Positions 1 through 6,907 of a stretch of 24,000 bases of DNA are shown here, one piece after another; position 1 is the stretch's first letter; each line of letters begins with the position of its first letter. This DNA is from Arthrobacter sp. GMC3 (GTDB taxonomy: Bacteria; Actinomycetota; Actinomycetes; Actinomycetales; Micrococcaceae): positions 8,628 through 32,627 of the forward strand of contig NZ_PJIO01000012.1 in the NCBI RefSeq assembly GCF_002929305.1, given 5' to 3'. A model generated the notes under the pieces. The model was given only the letters and a program-made list of their open reading frames with translations, was not told the DNA's origin and made no database searches. A program made the translations under genes and the position numbers.

Positions 1-716
1 GATCAGCCATCCACCGACCCCGGTGTGGTCTCGCCCGTCAACAACACCTAGGATCTGTCCGGTATCCAGGTCAACGATCGTCGTCATCCACGGCTCGATC
101 CGCTGCCAAGCAATGGTCTCGGTGTTTTTGAAGAAGCGGACGGAGCGGAAGCGGTGTTCATCGATCCCGAGCACGCGTGGCCGTAAGAGATCAATGTTGG
201 GCAGTTTCGTTGCAGCCATGTTCAAGGCTTTTGCACCAACCACCACGAGACACCGTGCGCGGTGGCGGTTTCCGTCGCGGCACGGCCAGAGTCAATGACA
301 GCGCGCACGAGAGCCCTGCGGAGCCGGCTCGTGGTGCGTGACCTGGCCGGGACCTCGAGCGTGGCTTCAAAGAAGGTTCTGCGGGATCATGATGATTCGT
401 CGCAGAACAATCGCCGCTTTGCCCACCCGACTTCCACCGGACCAGCCACCGGGATATCGCGGACGCGTTGCTGCCGGCCAGAATGGCGACGAGTGCCGAT
501 AACACCGCATCCTGGGCACCCGGAATCGACGGTGCTTTCAATATGGATTCGGCGTTGGCCAGAACTCAACGTCTCGGCTCCCAGAACGCGGTAATCGTGA
601 AGATTGAAGATCGTGGTGGCAGCATCAGGGTGCACCAAAGTAAGCTCGTTCAACGCTCGCAGTCCTGTCAAAGATGAATGCGTCAGAACATCCATCACAA
701 CAGGGCTACGAGCCAC
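1..716 (-). pseudogene. ISL3-family transposase, disrupted and cut by the left window edge
   Basis: Minus ORF 387..716 contains ...STVDSGCPGCGVIGTRRHSGRQQRVRDIPVAGPVEVGWAKRRLFCDESS, an ISL3-type N-terminal zinc-finger region. Reading the same frame past the TGA at 387-389 gives SRRTFFEATLEVPARSRTTSRLRRALVRAVIDSGRAATETATAHGVSWWLVQ. After a frame change near 222-235 the reading continues KALNMAATKLPNIDLLRPRVLGIDEHRFRSVRFFKNTETIAWQRIEPWMTTIVDLDTGQILGVVDGRDHTGVGGWLI, which runs off position 1 at the start of the DDE domain. This is my own translation. The last segment is absent from the ORF track because it has no stop inside the window. Confidence 0.8.
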
Positions 717-766
717 CTTTGTTCAAGGACATGAAACCAGAATTCACCACGATGTCAACGCCAACC

Positions 767-805
767 GAAAATGAGGCCACAATCGCCAATTGAAAATGAG
801 GCCAC
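767..805. repeat. Two perfect 14-bp direct copies of GAAAATGAGGCCAC (767-780 and 792-805), 25 bp apart; probable terminal/subterminal repeat of the ISL3 element
   Basis: Exact match read directly from the sequence. The repeat lies between the ISL3 transposase start (716, minus strand) and the point where istB homology begins (about 806). On the minus strand it reads GTGGCCTCATTTTC, loosely like the GGCTCTTC-type ends I recall for ISL3 elements. Confidence 0.45.
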
Positions 806-1096
806 CTGACATCATTGAAGGTGATCAATTTGGATGATTTCTTAACGATCGGAATCGACCCGCGGGCAGCCAATGATCTCTTCACGGTTCTCGCCGACCG
901 GGACCGGCGACTGCCCACGATGGTGCTGTCTCAAACCGGGCCGGAGTACTGGGTTCAAATGATTCACGACCGAGTCGCGGCAGACTCGATCGTGAACCGG
1001 TTGGCGAATAATTCACGACAAATCAAACTTGGAACGGTTGACATGCGGCGTGAAGAAAACATAAGAATGCGCCAAACCGAGGACCACTGGAACTAA
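806..1096 (+). pseudogene. istB: IS21-family IstB helper ATPase, C-terminal fragment only (5' end removed)
   Basis: ORF 815..1096 translates as KVINLDDFLTIGIDPRAANDLFTVLADRDRRLPTMVLSQTGPEYWVQMIHDRVAADSIVNRLANNSRQIKLGTVDMRRE. This matches the IstB pattern (Walker B LLILDDxG, then ..LF.L...R..R.S....SN....W......D..LA.AI.DRL.H....I.L.G.S.R). There is no Walker A or N-terminal half upstream: the frame hits a TGA at 797-799 and the ISL3 end begins there. Confidence 0.75.
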
Positions 1097-1142
1097 CCAA
1101 AAGGCCCCTCACCAACGATACAGCGCAGGACCCCAAAGGGCG

Positions 1143-1170
1143 CCGGTCATCAGCCATCATTGATGACCGG
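1143..1170. terminator. Perfect 10-bp stem hairpin (CCGGTCATCA / TGATGACCGG, 8-nt loop) between the convergent istB fragment and the 1191-aa gene
   Basis: Read directly from the sequence. A second 7-bp stem (CGGTACC 1168-1174 / GGTACCG 1191-1197) follows. No clear U-tract is present. It could equally be part of the IS21 right end. Confidence 0.3.
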
Positions 1171-1269
1171 TACCCGGTCGGCGGAGCAGCGGTACCGCTT
1201 ACGTGGACCAACAGTTCCAACTACCGCCACTTAACAATCTGCCCGTAGGTGTAATGCGTGTCTGCCGGC

Positions 1270-4200
1270 TTACCAGTATTCTTCAGCTTCCCGCTCGAGC
1301 GCCTGTGATTGCTCATGTTTGAGTGACTGTGCTAGCTTGCGCATCCAGTCTCCGGCAGGTTTTGGCAGCGAAGGGTCTGATATCCATTTGGAGACTTGGG
1401 TGATTTGATCGCGGATTCGATCCGACATTTTTCCAGACCCTGAAATGTTTGTGAACTGATCCTCCAAGGCTGACGTTACCCCGTCATCTGTGCCAAATTC
1501 CGTTAGCAGGTAACGTGCGACCGGAGAAAGCTCCGTGTCTCCTACAAGCGACACTTGGGCCAGAATGCGCGCCCGCACCGCACTGCTTCCAACCCACCGT
1601 GCAGCTATTGGCAGTTCAACTGCGTCTGCCAGCCATTCTTTCGCCGCGACCGTGAGCTTCCATGATTTCAGTTCTAGGCGTCCCATAAGGTCAAGCCAAG
1701 CTGGCTCTCCGGATTGGTGGACGGCCTGTTCTAGCAGTTTCCGTTCCTCCGATCTGCGATGTGCGCTAATGGCTCCAGACTCGATCAAATTGGCCAGTAG
1801 ATGTGCAACCCCCGCGGCATCGTACTTGAGTTGACGTTTGGTCAGTTGCGTCCAGGCCCAGCTCTCGTGTCCAGTCTCGGGAAACATCGTCCGCCTGCCA
1901 ACGAGGACGACTATCAGTGGCTCAAGTTGCTCGAGATATTCTTCTGTGGCTCGTACACGCAAGGATACGAGACGAACTACAGCGTTGTAGTCATCCTGCG
2001 TCGAGATTCGCTCAAGCCAGCGACATAGGTATTCAGCCATACGTCTTTCAGGTTCTTCTTGCATCCATCCAATTAGAACTTGAGCTGCTTTGCTGACATC
2101 GACTTCATGAACTAGGTGCTCGACACGTTCGACTGCCCTCCCGCTTCGCGGACCACGAACCGTAAGCCCCAACTTCTGGTACGGGTCGGTTATTTGCTCG
2201 TCGATGTATGAATCGTAGGCACTTTCATCCCCTGCCTCGACCAAGTGGTTAAGATACCCGAAGACTGCTTCAGAATTTGGCCCATCAAGGAGGGCATCAA
2301 TTGCTCCTGCTAGTCCTTGAAGGTCGAATCCGGCATCGGCGAGCGAAAGGCCAACGAAGTAGGCGGTAGGGATCCTCGCGGATTGAAGGACGTCTAGGAG
2401 CATCTTTCCCGGGTCGGTTGAATTCAGTGCGCGAGCAGCGTCTAAAATTTCATCCGTGACTTCATTGGTTGGCCGATCGTAGAAGTCTCTGTGCACCACT
2501 ACTTGCAGACAGTCTGATGCTGGCTGTGGCGGGAGGAAGGTTTCAAAGATCTCTAGGCCTTCGATAAAGGTGATGTCGCCGTCGACCCGGCCATGCAGTG
2601 ATCTGAGGTTGTCAATTTCGATCCGCAACCGAGAGATAACGAATTGAGGCAATATCATAAGGGCCTGGCCCAGATGATCACGCACTGCCGGAAAGTCTAT
2701 TAGTCCCTGAATCGAGTCCGTTATTTGTTTGGCTGCTGCGGTTGCGACTTCTAGATCTTCGTCGGTGGCAAGTATCACCAACTCATCGATTACAGCGTTT
2801 TGATAATCCCATATATCAGCGTAAGTCTTAGGCTGGCCGCGGCGTTCAACGACTTGCCCACGTTGTAGTTCTCCCGACACAATAATCGATCCGTTTTGTT
2901 TCAGGGCATGCCCAAGCGCCGTCGCTGTCAGCACGCGCACTGTAGGCTCAGGTGATCCTACAACCTTTTGCAGATATGAAATCCGCTGATTTGGCGACGC
3001 TGCCGTCGCCGGGAGCAGGACTCCGAATAGCTCAACCCAAGTTCCCGAGGCGTTGTTGCTGAACGTCTCGGTCTCCACTGTGGCTAGTCGCAGAACTGTA
3101 TCGGCTGCGACTTCGAACGTGCGAGAGTGCCACGCGAGCTTCTCCAGTGTCCACATGAGGTCTCTTCTAATGCCCCTACTTGCGCGCAACTCGTCATCAG
3201 AAGCCTCCCCAATAAGTTGTGCCAATCGATCACAGATTGCATCGGGAGCGATCACGGCAAGGTGACTAAGAAGGCGTGAGTTTCCATGCTCGGCAAGAGC
3301 AGCCAAAGAGGCTAAAGGCCCGGCATCGGAGAGTAGAGCGTCCACTGCACTGCTCGTCGTTTCAGATGCACCGAGGTCGGCTGCTCGTCGAAAGAGACGT
3401 TCGGTTAGGTCTTGGTCGAGATGCGGGATCAAGTCTGAGACGATGCGATCTCCAAATTCAGTCCACGCCTGAGAAGCTAGGTAGACCGCGATTGGATATG
3501 GTGCAACGCTTCGGAACCTACCTTGTTTCGACATGAGGCCTCGCCGTTGGAGCTCAAAAGCAGCTGCTCGGAGCTCTGCAGATTCGAGTCCTAGTCCGAG
3601 GGAGATTGTGGTGAGTTCGTCCTTGACTTTTCCGTCGTATCCAAACCTGCTGAATAGTGCAAGTACGCAACAAGCTAGGAATATTGTGCCCTCGGGGAGG
3701 TCCCCTGTGACAAAAGCACGAACATCGTCACTTGTCACTAGCTGACCGGCTGAGCTAGGACCTCCGCGGACTACAGCACGGGCTGCTTTAAGGGCATAAT
3801 CGATGTTTCCAGCAGCGACCTCAACCACTACCCTTGCCGCTTCCGGCCAGAGTCGGGGTTCACTTTTGCGGAGAAGAGTCGTCATTGCCTGGTCATCGAA
3901 TCGTTCTAGAGTGACCATCGCAGTTCGGGGCTGCTTCCCCCAAGGCTCCCCAATCGTCATCAACAGTAGGCGTGAATCACCAGGAAGAACTGATGCGTAA
4001 CTTTCATGTCTCTTCCTTTCGCACTCATCAATTACTACAATTCCAGTCCGCCCCTGCGACTGAAGCTGGCTAAGAACATTGACACTGAAGGAATCGGCTG
4101 CCGGAGCATAGAGCACAGCTGACTCGAAAGGTTGTCCTCGGAGGGCTTCGAGAGCTAGACGAGTCTTTCCTAAACCGCTTACACCGTCTATGTGGATGTC

Positions 4201-4845
4201 AAGTTGACTTTCGTCTAAAACGAATCGACGAATGGTCTCGATATTTGCGTCTCGTTCCTCGGAGGATACCCACTCCGTGGCGTGTCGATGCGAGTCAGCC
4301 CACTCGTCGAATGTCTGACCCATCGGGTCATTGCCCCCCAATATGGGGCTGACTGCGATTGCTGGATATTGCTCGGCCCACCTTGCAAGCCCGTCGGCGC
4401 TGATGACCTCGATTAGTTGGTTAGCATTGGCAATTCCCAGCTCTGTAGCGGTCGTAATCAATGCATCGCGACGCCTCTCAATTTTCACCGGGGGGAGGCT
4501 TGCCCCCAAGACTAAGCGATAAGCACCTCCGCCACGGAGTGTCTCAAGTGCCCTGGTTGCGCCGCCCAGTTCCTTCTTACACTTGGCCGGGTTCAGATCT
4601 CCTGCCTTGAACTGCCATGCGCTGTCTCCAGCAGGAATCCATGTAGTTTCACAGGCATTTCGCAGACCCGCGTCAACCCCGCCGTCACCGACGTTCTCTT
4701 GGTAAGTAGCTTCGAGCACTGTGCCCTGCATCCGATAAGCCGCAGCTTCAGTGCTGAGGAGCTTAGTTACGAACGCCCCAAATCTCGCACCACCCAATGT
4801 GGCAATCTGTTGGGGAGCGACTGAAAAGGGGCCAAAATCAGGCAT
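1270..4845 (-). CDS. Large nuclease-NTPase-helical repeat protein (Mrr-like PD-(D/E)xK N-terminus + P-loop STAND/AAA-like NTPase + ~800-aa alpha-helical C-terminus); Avs-like candidate defence protein
   Basis: - Uninterrupted 1191-codon ORF with GAGGAAGGA about 8 nt upstream of the ATG at 4845.
- Nuclease motif: residues 52-80, VGDGGVDAGL...(17 aa)...AWQFKAG, plus strand 4606-4686, of the Mrr_cat type (GDgGiD ... Q.K).
- Walker A: GVSGLGKT, residues 221-228, plus strand 4162-4185.
- Walker B: GIVVIDEC, residues 268-275, with D273/E274 at 4024-4029.
- The rest is Leu/Ala-rich with HEAT-like segments such as SPEPTVRVLTATALGHAL.
- Composition: five 60-nt lines counted inside the gene gave 47-58% G+C, against 62% for one line in ppgK. 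Confidence 0.85.
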   Translation of the reverse strand: MPDFGPFSVAPQQIATLGGARFGAFVTKLLSTEAAAYRMQGTVLEATYQENVGDGGVDAGLRNACETTWIPAGDSAWQFKAGDLNPAKCKKELGGATRALETLRGGGAYRLVLGASLPPVKIERRRDALITTATELGIANANQLIEVISADGLARWAEQYPAIAVSPILGGNDPMGQTFDEWADSHRHATEWVSSEERDANIETIRRFVLDESQLDIHIDGVSGLGKTRLALEALRGQPFESAVLYAPAADSFSVNVLSQLQSQGRTGIVVIDECERKRHESYASVLPGDSRLLLMTIGEPWGKQPRTAMVTLERFDDQAMTTLLRKSEPRLWPEAARVVVEVAAGNIDYALKAARAVVRGGPSSAGQLVTSDDVRAFVTGDLPEGTIFLACCVLALFSRFGYDGKVKDELTTISLGLGLESAELRAAAFELQRRGLMSKQGRFRSVAPYPIAVYLASQAWTEFGDRIVSDLIPHLDQDLTERLFRRAADLGASETTSSAVDALLSDAGPLASLAALAEHGNSRLLSHLAVIAPDAICDRLAQLIGEASDDELRASRGIRRDLMWTLEKLAWHSRTFEVAADTVLRLATVETETFSNNASGTWVELFGVLLPATAASPNQRISYLQKVVGSPEPTVRVLTATALGHALKQNGSIIVSGELQRGQVVERRGQPKTYADIWDYQNAVIDELVILATDEDLEVATAAAKQITDSIQGLIDFPAVRDHLGQALMILPQFVISRLRIEIDNLRSLHGRVDGDITFIEGLEIFETFLPPQPASDCLQVVVHRDFYDRPTNEVTDEILDAARALNSTDPGKMLLDVLQSARIPTAYFVGLSLADAGFDLQGLAGAIDALLDGPNSEAVFGYLNHLVEAGDESAYDSYIDEQITDPYQKLGLTVRGPRSGRAVERVEHLVHEVDVSKAAQVLIGWMQEEPERRMAEYLCRWLERISTQDDYNAVVRLVSLRVRATEEYLEQLEPLIVVLVGRRTMFPETGHESWAWTQLTKRQLKYDAAGVAHLLANLIESGAISAHRRSEERKLLEQAVHQSGEPAWLDLMGRLELKSWKLTVAAKEWLADAVELPIAARWVGSSAVRARILAQVSLVGDTELSPVARYLLTEFGTDDGVTSALEDQFTNISGSGKMSDRIRDQITQVSKWISDPSLPKPAGDWMRKLAQSLKHEQSQALEREAEEYW

Positions 4846-5284
4846 ACGATAGTTCCTTCCTCGGCCTGCCTCCCATTGAGGACATCTGGTTGAAGTATCT
4901 CAGAATGGCGTCCTTCCCGTGTGCAATAGGCGCCGATCGGCATCAGGCAATAGGCCTGCCTTGTGCGATTGATCGAGGGCGGACCCGACCAATGCTCCAC
5001 GTCACGCTAGAGGGCGGTCACCTCGCCAGCGTTCCATACTCGCATATCGATTCAGTCATTTGCTGTGAATTCAAGAAGTCAGTGATTGATTCTCCTTGGC
5101 TATTTCCGAGTGAACACTTCTTCCTATACGAGACGGAGCTGCATCCTTGAGTCCTTGTGAACATACGTGCCTCGAAGTCGATCGGCGATACCGCTGCTGG
5201 CCTCGGTGAGTTCCTGCTCGGAGGCGAGCAGTTTCGTCCGGTAGGGTTGACTGGCCCGGCTTTCGCAACCCTCTGGAGAATTCA
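4846..5284. promoter_or_regulatory. 439-bp divergent control region shared by the 1191-aa gene and the DUF6308-like gene
   Basis: Both flanking genes start here and point outward, each with a good Shine-Dalgarno sequence. The region contains a 9-bp direct repeat GCAATAGGC at 4923-4931 and 4947-4955. ORFs predicted here (4797..5150, 5071..5319, 5124..5363) have no recognisable content. Confidence 0.4.
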
Positions 5285-5998
5285 ATGGCGCAGCTAGTCC
5301 CGCGAGATCCCGGCCGCAAAGTCTGGAGCTACCTCCAATCCGAACTGGGTACAAGCTCCGCAACCCCGTCCGACCTCGCCGTCGGGTACTTGAGGACTTA
5401 TCTAACCGGCGTCGACCCCGTGGTGAGTGGGGACTGGCCCGCTATCGGAAGGCGCTTCGAGCATCTGGCAACAACCGACATCGACCCCAACATCATCACG
5501 GCCGAGGACCTGTTGTCAGTTTCATTCCTCTCTGTGAATGTCCCTCCCAGGGCTGCTTGGGCAATTCTCACCTCCCGAAGCACTGCAATCGCTAAGAAGC
5601 TGGCGCAAATCCCCAACAAGGTGTCCATTGAACACCCTGGATGCACCCTGGACATGTATCTCGATGACTCTGCGCTACAAGGTCTTTGGAACCTTCTGCG
5701 GAGAGACGAAAACGAAAACCTATGGGACATGGGTGCGACGAAGATCAGCAAGGTCATGGCCCGCAAACGTCCGCACCTGGTTCCTATCCAGGACCGTATA
5801 GTCGTCTCCGAACTGGACGCCTCTGACGCGGACTATTGGGAAATGTGGTGGCACGCCATGCACCTACATGAAAACGGCAAACCAGTCGTGGCAGACTTTG
5901 CCCGTGAGCTGCGAGAACGCATCCCCGAAGCTGAGAAACTCAGCCTGCTGCGAACATTGGACATCGTCATGTGGATGCACAGGACCCATCGAAACTAG
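5285..5998 (+). CDS. Uncharacterised conserved actinobacterial protein, DUF6308-like
   Basis: 237-aa ORF with GGAGAA 5 nt upstream of the ATG. The motifs ITAEDLLSVSFLSVNVPPRAA, GATKISKVMARKRPHLVPIQDRIV and LRTLDIVMWM match my recollection of DUF6308 proteins (F..DDL.AV.FLSV.VP..AA ; GvG.TtASKLLARKRP.L.PI.D ; .FD.i.WM). The family name is from memory and was not searched. Confidence 0.75.
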   Translation: MAQLVPRDPGRKVWSYLQSELGTSSATPSDLAVGYLRTYLTGVDPVVSGDWPAIGRRFEHLATTDIDPNIITAEDLLSVSFLSVNVPPRAAWAILTSRSTAIAKKLAQIPNKVSIEHPGCTLDMYLDDSALQGLWNLLRRDENENLWDMGATKISKVMARKRPHLVPIQDRIVVSELDASDADYWEMWWHAMHLHENGKPVVADFARELRERIPEAEKLSLLRTLDIVMWMHRTHRN

Positions 5999-6110
5999 CC
6001 GCTGTTCCGATGCAACCATTCCGGTGCCACTAACGCCACCGGCATACTACCTCGGGTGACTCTGTAGAGACTGCTTGCAGAACAACGATTCAAATGTGAA
6101 CCCGCCGTGG

Positions 6111-6128
6111 ACCGGCTGATCAGCCGGT
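6111..6128 (+). terminator. Perfect 18-bp palindrome ACCGGCTGATCAGCCGGT followed by TTTGAT; possible terminator of the DUF6308-like gene
   Basis: Read directly from the sequence, 113 nt downstream of the stop at 5998. It has only a short T run. Confidence 0.3.
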
Positions 6129-6222
6129 TTGATCGCAACAGGCGGTGGCACTCCGTCGCCAGCTCACCATCCAGTGACGTGCCCTGCACCGAAGGACACC
6201 ACGCACCATGGACAGGGATCAA

Positions 6223-6244
6223 TTTAATGAGTTTTTAATGAGTT
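6223..6244. repeat. Perfect tandem duplication of the 11-mer TTTAATGAGTT
   Basis: Copies at 6223-6233 and 6234-6244 are identical. It forms an AT-rich spot in GC-rich non-coding DNA, about 200 bp from the tRNA-like remnant. Confidence 0.6.
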
Positions 6245-6450
6245 CGGTGGGAACGGCACGTCATGAGGCAGCTCCCCCACAGCAAAGTCGCAGGTCAGGG
6301 GCCACCACGTCACCCCAAACCGCCCCTTCGAACCGAGGACCGTTGTATTCGAAACCCAAGGCCCTTAAACGCGAAATGACGGGGTGAAAGACCACCCCGC
6401 CACTACGAGAAACCCCGTAAATCCGGGCTTTTTGGCCCTCCAAAACTTGA

Positions 6451-6505
6451 GGGCCCCTGTCGGATTCGAACCGACGACCCGGTGAATGCACGGACAAATC
6501 CGTGC
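6451..6505 (-). other. tRNA 3'-half remnant (T-arm + 3' acceptor strand), not an intact tRNA
   Basis: The minus strand reads GCACGGATTTGTCCGTGC-ATTCACCGGGTC-GTCGG-TTCGAAT-CCGAC-AGGGGCC-C. This is a canonical T-stem/T-loop (GTCGG TTCGAAT CCGAC) followed by a 7-nt acceptor strand and a discriminator. The complementary 5' acceptor strand GGCCCCT is absent from the roughly 110 nt upstream. The would-be anticodon hairpin has a 6- or 8-nt loop, not 7. Confidence 0.5.
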
Positions 6506-6579
6506 CCTTGGGAAAGTACTGGCGCAGCTGCGGGTCACCAAACTCCGGAGGAGTACGAGTAAAAATACTATGCTCGTAA

Positions 6580-6905
6580 GATCGGCTCGTTATCCGGCGG
6601 CGCCGCCAACAATTCGGCCGGACGATTGTGGGGTGGGCGACCTACACGATCAGGGACACCGCCTTCGTAGCGCGCTGCTTGCGCATGGCGCTATGGCGCC
6701 GCCAGCACACCGGCCGACCCGTCCCGGAAGGCCTCATTCATCATAGCGATGCGGAAAGCCAGCACACCTCGATCCGATACACCGACACCTTGGAGTTGGC
6801 AGGCATGCAACCTTCCACCGGATCTGTGGGCGCCGCGTACGACAAGCCGCGGCAGAGACGGTGATGGGGTTGTCCAAGAACGAGGCCGTCGCCGCTGTCG
6901 TCTGA
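6580..6905 (+). pseudogene. IS3-family transposase (OrfB/rve integrase core) internal fragment, frameshifted and truncated at both ends
   Basis: One frame reads GRTIVGWATYTIRDTAFVARCLRMALWRRQHTGRPVPEGLIHHSDAESQHTSIRYTDTLELAGMQPSTGSVGAAYD, matching the IS3 pattern SR.IVGW....M...LV..AL.MA...R.P..GLIHHSD.GSQYTS..Y...L...GI..SMGSVG..YDNA. After a shift at about 6850 it continues AETVMGLSKNEAV and ends at the TGA at 6903-6905. There is no N-terminal HTH/OrfA and no C-terminal part. Confidence 0.75.
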
Positions 6906-6907
6906 GC

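Noticed and set aside
191-594. ORFs 23..298(+), 191..541(-), 262..594(+) and 468..677(+).
   Set aside because: They lie over the ISL3 transposase pseudogene. The only meaningful reading is the three-segment transposase frame described in the features.
6290-6450. Second GGTTCGAA-containing stretch (minus strand ...GGTCCTCGGTTCGAAGGGGCGG...) that might be another tRNA remnant.
   Set aside because: The T-stem halves do not pair and no acceptor-like sequence follows. The resemblance is limited to the 8-mer.
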